A DNA stretch of 64,000 nucleotides from Octopus vulgaris (lineage: Eukaryota): contig OX597822.1 in the NCBI GenBank assembly GCA_951406725.2, positions 33,542,001-33,606,000 on the forward strand, written 5' to 3'. Every line of letters starts with the position of its first letter. Position 1 is the first letter of the stretch. Below the pieces are notes generated by a model. The model saw only the letters and a list, made by a program, of their open reading frames with translations, was not told the origin of the DNA and did not search any database. Shown here piece after piece: positions 41,701 to 53,790 of the stretch. The translations under genes and the position numbers were made by a program.

Positions 41701-42412
41701 TAATAGAAATATTAAAATTACTAAGTCTCTATAAAAGAGATTACGGCAGCGCTTACTGGAAATTAATTGTTATCGCCATATTAATATGGCATTCTTATAG
41801 ATATAAGAATAATCGCTGCCGCTGGTCAGCTCCATGAGGCCACCGCCATCAAGATAGCTATTGATACACGATCTGTATCCATTATAACCTTCGAACAAGG
41901 GTGGTCAGCCGCTTCACACTGCCAGTCCGACAGCTACAGACGCGTTTCGGGGTATTGGTTAGCGGTATTTCGTCTGTCTTTAGGTTCGGACTTTGACTTC
42001 CATCTTATAGATCTATAAGAATGCCATATTAATATGGCGATAACAATTAATTTCCAGTAAACGCTGCCGTAATCTCTTTTATAGAGACTTAGTAATTTTA
42101 ATATTTCTATTATTGAAAACAAGTGGATGTATTCCACTGAAACTAGGTAAATAGAAACCTTCGAGCAGAGACGTCAGTGGCGACACCTGCGGGTCTGACT
42201 GCGCTACATTGACAAGGGGCAATACCCCGAAACGCGTCTGTAGCTGTCGGACTGGCAGTGTGAAGCGGCTGATCTCCCTTGTTCGAAAGTTATAATGGAT
42301 ACAGATCGTGTATCAATAGCTATCTTGATGGCGGTGGCCTCATGGAGCTGACCAGCGGCAGCGATTATTCTTATATCTATAAGAATGCCATATTAATATG
42401 GCGATAACAATT
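41701..42412. mobile_element. Retrozyme/Penelope-pLTR-like 364-bp unit, with one inverted partial copy
   Basis: Terminal redundancy at 42011 and 42375; 41701-41957 is the reverse complement and reads through the unit junction. Confidence 0.7.
42203..42244 (+). ncRNA. Minimal type I hammerhead ribozyme with U3:A8 core
   Basis: GCUACA-UUGACAA-GGGG(caaua)CCCC-GAAA-CGCG-UC-UGUAGC; perfect 6-bp stem I, 4-bp stem II. Confidence 0.8.
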
Positions 42413-42903
42413 TATATATACATATACATATATATATATGCGCGCGCGCGTGACGGACTCTCGCGTCGAAGATGACGTATGATTGTTCAGCTTTTGCCAA
42501 ACGACCTGCACAAATGATTTGTTTATAGCGATCAAATGATCGTGCCGCGCATTAGCTCACTCTCTCGCCATCAAATCGACGTTGTCTGAGCAGGTGCACG
42601 GCGTGCCACGCATCAGATGTCGAAGTGATCGCAAAGCAACGTCGGATGAAGCATTTTGCTCAAGAAGAACGTACCGCCCAGTCCAGGAATTGAAATCGCG
42701 ATCTAGCGATCGTGAGTACAACACCCTAACTACTAAGCCATACGCCTTCATATCCATCCAACCATCCATCCATTCATCCACCCATACATCCATACATACA
42801 TGGGATCTTTTCAGTTTGACGCACAGATTTCCTAATTAATATTTTTTTAAATAGTTTCAAACTTTGTATACTGGTGGATCCACGTGTGACAGATCACATA
42901 CGT

Positions 42904-42986
<83 letters not shown>

Positions 42987-43706
42987 GTGTCTGTAATGAA
43001 TAGATAAGAATAAAATATCCAGGCACGTACCGTACGAATACTCAGTTACAATTCAGGTTATGGCTAACTGCTTCAATTTATAAGGAACACATAGGATTAC
43101 TTCAGATAAGCAATCCCAATATATTTTATCCGGTAAATTCTAGATTCGCTTCGCTGGATTATAAAGATCTTACCGAGGTGCTTTGCTCAAGAAATCAACG
43201 CATCGCCTGGTCCAGGAATCGAAACCACAATCTTTACGATCGTGAGTCCAACACCCTAACCAGTAAGCTATGCACCTCCACAATTCCGCATTATACCCAC
43301 TCATAATATTAATCTTGATTTTAGCGATAAAAAGTGTATATAATATGTTTTTGGGTTTTACAATAATACTATACATGATTCTTAGTGAATCTGGGCTTCC
43401 AATGAGAACATTGCCCCCTTTAAAGAAAGTGACGTTTCATGTAAATTGATCTTCAGAATTTAGGTCATTATTTGGTCGGCTGTGTGAGATGGCACATTTA
43501 TGATTGTTTTACTAATACAAGCTGTTTATAGAAATGTAATACGTCTATCAAAAACGTATTTTTATTTATTCGTGTAAATAAACATCAGTTCTGATCGAGC
43601 TAATGAGGGTGTCTCTATGCGGCTGTTCGATCTGTTAGAAATGGCAGTTAATTTTTTTTTTCTATATTCACATCCTGATGATGAGCATGATGACAATGAT
43701 GATGAA

Positions 43707-43741
<35 letters not shown>

Positions 43742-44799
43742 CGATGATGGTGATGATGCGAGCAAACGTTAAATAAAAGGAGCCAAAGTGTATAAAAGAT
43801 TTTATTTATGACTTCAATGGAGAAAGATTTCTGAAAGAAAACAGCTAATTGGTAGAAACTGTACAGAGAACTTACTCTACAGATATGAAATGGTTGTAAA
43901 CAAATTATTAAGACGGCTGAAAATAGCCCAAAATTAGTTCTTAAATTAGAAACAATTCTAATAACTAAAAGATATATTTATATATTTCCCAGAGAAGCAG
44001 CTGGCTAACACAGTGAAGAACTGGTCAAAGGATGATATCAGAACATCTGACCGGTGTTGGAGTCAGTTGTCTGGACAGTTGTTGTCCCCACCCTGACACT
44101 GACCACCATACCTAACAATGTGGGTAAAAATGAAGTGGTAGCATAGGTTGAAGTTGTGGTGTAGGCTGAATTTTTGTAGTGTACCTAGTGTATGTGAAGG
44201 TTACAGTGTGTGTTGTAGTTAGAATGTAGATGGGAGTTGTAGCATAGGAAGTGTACCTTTAAATTGTAGTGATGGACGAAGTTGTAGGCATGAATGCAGC
44301 TTTCTAGCAACTTGCTTCTTATTTCTTAATTGTCCACAAGGGGAAAAACATAGAGGGGACAAAGAACTTGCTTCTTGCTATATGACACAAGGCACACATT
44401 TATGGGAAAAGGGAAAGAGCTAGCTTGATGTTCAAGCCAACATAAAGCAAAAGAAATTACTTCAGCTGTTATTTAAAAGCTACCCATAGATTCGCCAAGC
44501 ACCGTAAAACTCTTAAAGTTAAAACAAATTAACAAGAGCTAATATAAAAGTGCAACAAGGTGGCGAACTAGCAGAATCATTACAGCTCCGAACAAAATAC
44601 TTAGCGACATTACGTCCGTCTTTACGTTCTGAGCACAAATTCCATCGAGGTCGACTTTGTCTCTCATCCTTTCGGGGTCGATAAAATAAGTATCAGTTAT
44701 AATAAGTACTGCGATCGACATAATTGATGTACACCCTCCCCCAAAATTGCTGGCCTTGTACCAAAATTCGAAACCAATATAAGGGGCCAGATACACGGT

Positions 44800-45140
44800 C
44801 TAGTCCTTGTTGCAGTGTTGTGGCTTGTGTGTATCGATGGCATGGGAGTTATACAAGCAGAGCACAAACTCCTTATAGGGCCTTCCTCGCTGGACAGGTC
44901 AAAGGATAGGGGCCAAACTAATATGAACTGCCTCTTCCCAGAGGTAAAAAAAGGGTCAACATAGGGCTAATACTCCTACCTAGCAAAAGGGTAAAGTTAC
45001 AGAAGCATCGGTGAGAGTTCAAGACCAACAAGACCTGGCAGAGGCAGAAAAAGATAACCCAGAGTCGAGAACAGTAGAGAACAACAGAGGAGAGCCATCG
45101 ATGGCCTACACTCCAGAGTGAATGAAGGGATTAACTAAAT
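44800..45140 (+). mobile_element. Short RTE-derived non-autonomous element (5'UTR-like + 3' end)
   Basis: GGACAGGTCAAAGGATAG..AGGGCTAATACTCCTACCTAG segment also present at 21790-21885; ends GATGGCCTACACTCCAGAGTGAATGAAGGGATT. Confidence 0.45.
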
Positions 45141-45444
45141 AATACGAAAGGTAAAAATCATTGGATAATGCTTTGTAGTATTTCTTCTGGTTATTTATGT
45201 TCTAAATCCAAATCCCACCAAGATCAACCTGGCCTGTCATCCTTTCGGAGTCAATGATTTAATGCACGAATCAAATAAGGGATTAATTTAAATGACTGCT
45301 AATCTGTAAGGGTATGCAAATAAGCAAGTATGTTCCGACCCTAGTGTGAGGTTCTGAAAACAAATGAAGAGATACCCCAGGGAGAATACACTAGTGTCAT
45401 ATCAATATTGCCTATTTGTTTACACAGACACACAAAGTTTATCG

Positions 45445-46004
45445 TTCACACACACACACCCTCTCTCTCTCTCTCTCTCTCTTTCTCCCTCACACACACA
45501 CATACACACATACACACACACTCTCTCTTTTTCACATACACACATACACTCTCTCTCACACACATACACACTCTCTCTCTCACACACACGTACGCGAGCG
45601 CATACACACACACTCTCTCTTTTTCACATACACACATACACTCTCACACACGCATGCACTCTCTTTCTCTCTCACACACACACATACACATTCTCTCTCT
45701 CTCACACACACACACACACTCTCTCTCTCTCACACACACACACGCATACACACACACTCTCTTTCTCACATACACACATACACTTTCTCACACACACATA
45801 CTCTCTCTCTCACACACGCATGCACACTCTCTCTCTCTCTCACACACACACACACTCTCTCTCTCTCACGCATACACACACACTCTCTTTCTCACAATAC
45901 ACACATACACTTTCTCACACACACATACACTCTCTCTCACACACACACACACACATATTCTCTCTCTCACACACGCATACACTCTCTCTCTCTCTCTCTC
46001 TCTT

Positions 46005-46035
<31 letters not shown>
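45445..46035. repeat. Alternating (CA)n/(CT)n low-complexity array
   Basis: Direct inspection. Confidence 0.95.
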
Positions 46036-46036
<1 letters not shown>

Positions 46037-47429
46037 ACTCTAACCCTAACCCCATTACAAACAAGAGACAATGCAATAGAAAAAGAGAAAGAACAACAGC
46101 AAATACAACAACCACTGTATGGCTCTCTACTTAGTTCATGTGACTGACTACGAAGACCTAATTACGAAATATATTGGCAACCGGACAAGAATAAAATATG
46201 AACCTTTCATCAAAGATATATTTATGAAGTAGCTTAAATAATGAAATCACACTGACTTGGACAAAATAAAAAGAAAACAGGAAAACGTACTTTACATCTG
46301 ACTGCGTTTGTCTGTGTCCATTTTGGAATTTTTTCGTCTCCCACTGCCTACCGTAACCTATTCCTGGTTAACACAATAACTTACTATTATTAAATGGTAA
46401 CGAGACTTGAGAAATGTGGTTGGAGACCAGGAGAGAATTTAGGCTTTGGCTCGACTTAATTTGATGGTCGGTGGTTTTTGAGTTCGTCTTTTACCAAAAA
46501 TTAATTTTGGCATTGTTCACTCTGAGGATCAATAAAATATGTACCAGGACTCGCCATCTGCGTATCATACTAAATTTATGCACATCATTAGAAGATTTTA
46601 TACGGTGAAATTGTCTGAAATAAAATCTCTTTATAGATGTGTCGTGGTGAAAACTCAATATACCATATTGGATGGCTTATAAGAGGTACATTTTCCTTCC
46701 AAGAAAACGCCGCAAAAAAATTACCTGGGTCCTATCTGCGAAGTTGGGCCCTATATTACAAGCGTTGATACATTTAAAACATTCTTTCTTGAGTATATGT
46801 TACTGAAATTACGGCGCGACTTTTATGCTATTAAATAAGGTACAGAGGAGCAAGACAAACATTGTGGCTACAGTAACTCGCGAAAACCGCAAGGGCTTTT
46901 CGCCTTTGTTGAGGCTTGTCAATGCTGTGCATTTGACTATCACTAACTTAAAGGAAATTCGTGTCTCGATATTTCTTTAAAAACCGAGTCACTGTTATTG
47001 TGAAAGCCTGCCGAGCTGTAGGACACGACGGTGCTTGTTCTATTACGTATAAAAGCTGAAGGACACAACGCGCCGCCGAGAATCGAACCCACAACCTTAT
47101 GATAGTGATCCGAATACCCTTGACCACTAAGCCACGCGCCTTTTACATTAGTCACTAACATAGTTAATTAGGTTGTGTCTATGTAGTGTTACATTAGTCA
47201 CTAGTGTTAATTAATCACATTGTATTTATGATTATAATTTTTCAGACAATTAAGCTCATCATTAGAGATGTGAAAAACAAAAAAAATCTTTAAATATTTA
47301 CATTTTTACATCTCTAAAATTGAAGGTTATTAAAAGTGATAATCTCATTACCAACCCAGCTCAGACATTTCGACATTTAATCAGATTGTGTGCGAGTATA
47401 CGTAACGTCTGATGACTAACACAGAGACA

Positions 47430-47740
47430 GCGCTGCCTGCGGGATAGAACAAATCAAACTCCCGTCAATATAGAAATTGTGAAAAGGAAATGGGGCTGGA
47501 TCAGTGACACTCTAAGGAGACCTCCCAAGCAACATTGTAAAACCGGTGTTAGACTGGGGCAACCTGAGGGAAAGAGGTAAATTGGGTGACCTAAGAAGAC
47601 ATGGGAAAAAATTCGTGGAGGATAAACAGAAAGCAATCCATTTCTCTTGGTCTGAAACCAAGAAGGTGGCCCTAAATCCTGTCCACTGGTATAAAATGGT
47701 TTGCGGCCCTATACACCTTCCGGAGTAATGCGGACTAATT
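47430..47740 (+). mobile_element. RTE-clade LINE 3' remnant
   Basis: EIVKRKWGWISDTLRR..LDW..SWSETKKVALNPVHW resembles the RTE ORF C-terminus; frameshifted. Confidence 0.65.
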
Positions 47741-47839
47741 ATTGCTTCATGACAGCTAAGAGATTGGTGAAATGGAAATCATAATGATTTCTAAATAAAG
47801 AATTAAATTGATGATTCCTGGAAGCAAGATTAATAGCAT

Positions 47840-48220
47840 CGATGTATCCATCTTATCCACTATTCTTGAGAGGGTCATGGTAGAAGCGTCCTCAAGTACC
47901 TCCTCCAAGGGCCCTCTCAGAAACAACTGTCATTATACTTTCCGACTGGATTCCCAAGCATGACCAACTGAGACTACGGATATTATCCAACCATCTCGTT
48001 TTTGTTCTACCTCTAGGTCTTTTGCCGGTTTTGAAGAATCCATCTTGCGATTCTAATCACACGTCCATAGTTCCAGAGCTGTGACCTCAGAATGTGGAGA
48101 TGTAGCAGATCGACCTGGAGTCTCTCTGAACTACGCCCGCCTCACTTCTCCCATCGAGTATCGTTACATAATTTGTGTTGACATCCATGGTTTCAGGACC
48201 ACTGCCCCTAGTCCTGCATA
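47840..48220 (-). mobile_element. RTE (Rex3/Expander-like) derived remnant
   Basis: Minus strand GKRPRGRTKTRWLDNIRSLSWSCLGIQSE motif. Confidence 0.6.
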
Positions 48221-48239
48221 AGTGTTTTCTGTCAGCTTC

Positions 48240-48720
48240 CCCTTGAATAATTACCCCCATAAGCAACTCTCCTCTAGATAATAGGCTCCAGGATTATTAC
48301 CACCGATAACACAACTGCTATCTAGATAATTGTTCCCTGACAATCACCCTTTGTATAACTGTCCCCTTTGTGACAACTACCTCTCTCCCTTCGATAATGG
48401 CCCCTCAAATAATTTCTCCTACAGGGCAATTACTATGTAGATATTCGTTCCTTGACAAATGACACTTGGGTAATAGCCCCCATAGAACAATTTCACCCTA
48501 TATAACTTACCCCTTGGATAATTTTCCCCACGGGACAACTTCTATTCATATAACTTCCCTCTGACAATTATCATTTATACAATTATTAATTATCACAATT
48601 ATTGATTATTTTAATTATTAATAACACAATTATTAATGACATGATTATTGATTATTGTAATTATCAATTATGCAATTATTAAATTATTACAATTATTGAT
48701 TATTGTAATTAATATGCAAC
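48240..48720. repeat. Degenerate ~19-bp (GACAATTACCCC-like) minisatellite grading into AATTATTGATT repeats
   Basis: Recurrent ATAATT/ACAATT + C-run units. Confidence 0.6.
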
Positions 48721-48858
48721 TGTTAATCACTGTATCTGTGTATAACTCACAATTCAGAAGAAAATATTTGCAGGTTTAATGATATAACTATAGCGCTAGA
48801 AGAACGTAAATCATGTTACTGGATAAGTCTTCTTACTGATTATTAAATAAAATGTGCG

Positions 48859-49021
48859 AGTGGCTGTGTGGTAAGTAGCTTGCTTACCAATCGCATGGTT
48901 CTGGGTTCAGTCCCACTGCGTGGCACTTTGGGCAAGTATCTTCTACTATAGCCTAGGGACGACCAAAGCCTTGTGAGTGGATTTGCTAGACGGAAACTGA
49001 AAGAAGCCCGTCGTATATATG

Positions 49022-49071
<50 letters not shown>

Positions 49072-49272
49072 TGTGTCTGTGTTTGTCCTCCCAACATCGC
49101 TTGACAACCGATGGTGATGTGTTTACGTCCCCGTAACTTAGCGGTTCGGCAAAAGAGACCAACAGAATAAATACTAGGCTTGCAAAGAATAACTCCTGGG
49201 GTCGATTTGCTCGACTAAAGGCGGTGCTCCAGCATGGCCACAGTCAAATGACTGAAACAAGTAAAAGAGTAA
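48859..49272 (+). mobile_element. SINE family D
   Basis: Same consensus. Confidence 0.85.
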
Positions 49273-49614
49273 ATATAAGCCCTAAATAAGTTTAATTAGT
49301 ATTTATCCACACCGCCATAGTTGTGCCTTTTTCTTCATTTTCTCTAAACTGGGGAAAGGGCTCAAGGGTATTCATCAGGCCCCATAGAACTTTGAAATAT
49401 AGGCATATTTCAACTTATGTCGTATTGAGCTACGTCTTTTACGACCTCACAGCGTTTTTATTTTAAGGAAATTAAAAGAGAAAAATAAACGTCAACTTCA
49501 ATTGTTTTATCCGACTTTACGTCGGCCTCGACGAACATTTAAAATCATGGAAAAAGAAATACCAATGCTGAAGTGGAAAATCAAATAAAATACATGTAAA
49601 ATTATGTAGAAATC

Positions 49615-50072
49615 TATTGTTGTATTTTTCAGAATGGTCATTTTGCCAGTTTAGCCAATACAAACACACGCGCTATATATTTGGTGTTACTTTGCGTCAG
49701 CGTTATTCATTTTTTACATTAATCTAAACATAGACACACATAGAGGTATACGCATGCGCAAATGAAGACACATACAATAGGAATACAAAATATAAAATGG
49801 CTGACCGTTATTAAGGGGAGACACACAAATAAGAAAGAAGAAAGCTAAGGACCACTGATGAGGTCACAGGAGTGTGACGAAAGAACTCTGGCCGAAATAA
49901 GATTAAGATTAATGTAAAAAATTAATAACGCTGAAGCAAAGTAACACCAAATATATAGTGCGTGTGTTTTTATTGGCTAAACTGGCAAAATGACCATTCC
50001 TAAATACAACAATATCTGTTTCAACACATGAGTTTACATCAAAAATCTTGCAAAACAAATATATAAACGTAA
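49615..50072 (+). mobile_element. Penelope-like mini-insert with inverted 5' arm and hammerhead
   Basis: 12-bp TSD TATGTAGAAATC (49603-49614, 50073-50084); 49615-49725 is inverted relative to 49905-50013. Confidence 0.7.
49849..49893 (+). ncRNA. Minimal type I hammerhead ribozyme
   Basis: GGACCA-CUGAUGA-G-GUCAC(aggagu)GUGAC-GAAA-GAAC-UC-UGGCC. Confidence 0.65.
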
Positions 50073-50293
50073 TATGTAGAAATCATTTATTAAAATGGAT
50101 ATAAGCTAGAAATTCATTAAAGAAAATAATTTTTGTGTTAAGTTATCATCTGAGTTAAATTGCATGTATTAGAACCATTTACCGACGTAAGTAGAAATAT
50201 ACTGGTACATGAAAATATAGAGGGTATGCGTTTCTAATGAGAAAACAAACAATTCTGTTTTGTACTTGTAAACATTAAAGAAGATCTTTAACA

Positions 50294-50823
50294 GGGCCCC
50301 GTACTCTGTATCCTAGTGACCAATGAGAAAGTTAATCAGGTATGATAGTGCCAATGAGAAGTGGTAATATATGATGATATAATTAGGATCGTGTTTGGCC
50401 CTCAAAACACAGAGGAAATTTAAAAGGGCCCCATACTCTGTATCCTAGAATCCGATGAGAAAGTTGCGTATGATAGAACCAATGAGAAGCATTAAATAAT
50501 ATATGATAATGATATAATTAGGATCGTGTTTGGCCCTCAAAACACAGAGGAAATTTAAAAGGGCCCCATACTCTGTATCCTAGAATCCGATGAGAAAGTT
50601 GCGTATGATAGAACCAATGAGAAGCATTAAATAATATATGATAATGATATAATTAGGATCGTGTTTGGCCCTCAAAACACAGAAGAAATTTAAAAGGGCC
50701 CTATACTCTGTATCCTAGAATCCAATGAGAAAGTCACGTATGATAGGACCAATGAGAAGCATTAAATAATATATGAGGATAATAAAACTAGGATCGTGTT
50801 TGGCCCTCAAAACAGAGGAAATT
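50294..50823. repeat. 135-bp minisatellite, about 4 copies
   Basis: GGGCCC unit starts at 50294, 50426, 50561, 50696. Confidence 0.9.
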
Positions 50824-50831
50824 GAGCATAC

Positions 50832-50969
50832 AGCAAGGTATTCACTAAGTCTATTGTTAGAGGCATTTTTCTCTTTGTCTTGTTTCGAAATAAATTCAAA
50901 GAACTTCATCATAAACGGAAGTTCATGGCAATTTATAGCATCCAATTTATCAAGATCTTGAATCAGGAT
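50832..50969 (-). CDS. Candidate internal coding exon of an unidentified host gene
   Basis: gtctttatcAG|..|GTatgc, 138 nt, phase 0-0, ILIQDLDKLDAINCHELPFMMKFFEFISKQDKEKNASNNRLSEYLA; frame closes just upstream of the acceptor. Confidence 0.4.
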
Positions 50970-51619
50970 CTGATAAAGACATCAAAAGAGTTTGAAAGTT
51001 AGATGTCTGGAACTGAGTAATCAAATAAACTGGAAACCTTATAGTTTGAAGTGTGAGTTGGTAGTAATGGTTTGATTCTCCAGAAAGAGAATATATGAAG
51101 AATTAACTAAGGAGACGGAACCTGTGAAGAACTGATAAGAGACAACTTAAAGTACTTTGGATAAGGAGATTATGAGCAGCTGCGGAGTTAAGAATCTTGC
51201 TTCCCAACAGCGTGGCAAGTGTCTTCTACTATAATCCCAGACCAACCAAAGCCTTTGTGAACGGATTTCATAAATGGAATATGGAAACTGAAAGATTGTG
51301 TGTGTGTGTGTACCACTGTCTTCACATCACGTGATTGTCGTAAACGAGCATCACCCTCATACAAGCAAAATTGTTCATTTCCAGTTTACAATGGAAAACA
51401 TGTCTGGCCATGGTTATGGTGTTGGACTCATGAGCGTAAGATTGCAGCTTCAATTCCTGCACCAGGCAATGCGTTGTGTGAACAAAACACTTCATTTCAT
51501 GTTGCTCCAGACCACTCAGCTGGCTAAAATGAATAATCCTGTGATGGACCAGCGTCTCATCCAGGTGGAGAATCTATATGCCATGAAAGCACTTGCTATC
51601 CCACAGGGGGGTCAGGATT

Positions 51620-52075
51620 TAATAATAATGAAATTATTGTATACAGTGCTCAGGTGCACCACAACTTGTCAAAAGTGCATATAAAGAATATGCAGTAATG
51701 TACAAATGTCTGGAAGGTGAACAGTGTATGAGTCAGATACATGTTTGTGTGTGTATGGAGGGGAGAAAATCAGGTGTAGTGTTGGCGAATCTCAGGAAGC
51801 ATGGAAGTTTTGAAGGATGCAGTGCTCCAACAACTAACAACTGATGCCGGCAGTTTGTTCCATACTTCAGCAACTCTTAGCATGAAAAAATGCTTCTGAA
51901 AGTCATGGGAGCTGTGCTGTTTTCTGACTTTGTAAACATATCCACGGGTGTTAGACAGGTGGAGTTTGAAAAGGTGCTCAGAGTTATTGTTAGTAAGATG
52001 GTTAATAATTTTATGGGTGTCTACCAAGTCAGCTGCCAGACGTCGGGGTTTCAATGTATCCATGCCCCACCACAA
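51620..52075 (-). mobile_element. CR1-clade LINE 3' end (ORF2 C-terminus + 3'UTR)
   Basis: RRLAADLVDTHKII..NTRGYVYKVRK..HFFMLRVAEVWNKLPASVV..SFK, typical of CR1 ORF2 end; ends in an (ATT)n-like tail. Confidence 0.8.
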
Positions 52076-53580
52076 CTCCCCTTTTTGAGTCTGACTTTCC
52101 TTGGAGGTCAATATTTTTCTTTTATTTATTATATATTTTTTACCACTGATCTCATCCTTGTCAACACTCTTATATCCTTGGTTTAGATAAAGACTACACT
52201 GTAACAGTGTCATAACCTACAAAAACTAAGTCAGTAACAACGACTTCTGTGACTGCCATCACAAATGCAACTGCACATACCACACTATGTTGCATTGTCA
52301 GTACACATGCGCCTTTATAAGGTTTAGGACAGTTCATTTGCTGTCCTACAGGGGTGTCAGGATTTCACCACAAGAGAAGGTAACTTTACTTCTATTTCTT
52401 TTTTTTTTTTAATAAGAAATTCTGTTCATGATTCATATTAGTTGAAAAAAATCATTCTTATGTAATGTCCAAGAGATTGTTATCATTGTTAGTAATCACA
52501 GAAACGTCTCAACATACCTTATGAAATAATTATAAGTAATCAACATTCATAGTTCGATTGGATTTAAAATGGTACACCATTCCCAGAAGGATTGACACTT
52601 ACCTGAAAAAAATGAAAAAACATAATATAAAACACTAATAACAAACATGATAACAAAAAAGACAAATTATTTTTAAAATATAGAACTTCAGGGTTGGATG
52701 TGTAATTAAGGAGCTTGTTTGGAGCCCTCTGGTTTGAGTTCAGTCCCATTGTGCAGTACTGTGAGCAGGTATCTTTTATCATAGTCCAGGGCCCACCAAT
52801 GCCTTGTGAGTGAATTTGGTACATGGAAACTGTATGGAAGCCCATCATGTGTTTGTGTGTGTGTCTTTGTGTTTGAGACCCCCCACCCCACCCCACCCCC
52901 ATCACCATTTGATAACCAATGTTAATTTGTTCACATCCCTGAAACTAGCAGTTCAGCAAAAGTGATTGATAAAATAAGGACCAGATTTAAAAAAACATAA
53001 GTACTGGGGTTGATTTGTTTAGACTAAACCCTTCAAAGTGGTGCCCCAGTATGGTCACAGTCCAATGACCGAAACAAGTAAAGGATAAATAAATGACATT
53101 CTCACTTGCTGTGGAATCATAGAGAAAAGAAACAATGAAAGTCAGAGGGTTAATTAGTAGCTAAACACCCTTTCATCTTTTTTTATCAATTACTCGTTTC
53201 AGTCATTTGACTGCGGCCATGCTGAGGCACCACCTTCAAGAGTTTTAGTCAAACAAATCGACACCTGTACTTAGTTTTAAGCTGGTACTTACTCCATCAC
53301 TCTCTTTTGTTGTACTGCTAATATCAATTTAAAACCAGTGGTCAAGCATGTAGAAAAATCTGAAGATTCAGAAAAATTATATTACATATATATAAGAGGG
53401 ATGACAACTAAGTGGACATCCATTATGCTAGAAGTCGACTCCCTATGGTCTTATCACTAAGAAAGGAATGTTCTCTGGGTTTGCTAAATTTTCTTGAGAA
53501 CATTCCTTTCTTAGTAGTAAGACCATAGAGGGTCGATTTCTAGCATAATGGATGTCCATTTAGTGGTCATCCCTCTTATA

Positions 53581-53612
<32 letters not shown>

Positions 53613-53790
53613 GTTAATCCAAACAAGAAAGCACAAAATAAAACACAACAACGCGAGGACGTGGAACAAATATAGTATTATTGGATGCTCAGGAAAGAAG
53701 GAAAGAAGGAGGGTTTAACGTTTCGAGCGGAGCTCTTCGTCGGAAACATAGGAGAAGGAAAGATCCAGAGAAGGGAAGACAGAGGAAAAA
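53613..53790 (-). mobile_element. Penelope-like end fragment with hammerhead-like motif
   Basis: Paralog of 26600-26780, flanked by (TA)n. Confidence 0.5.

Noticed and set aside
43993-44053. Plus-strand exon candidate KQLANTVKNWSKDDIR (SAM-like start)
   Set aside because: Weak donor, and the motif does not continue as a SAM domain
46034-46053. Telomeric (CCCTAA)n
   Set aside because: Only about 3 imperfect units at the end of a microsatellite
46500-46900. Possible promoter (CpG-containing unique DNA with TCGCGA)
   Set aside because: Motif alone is insufficient and no first exon could be supported
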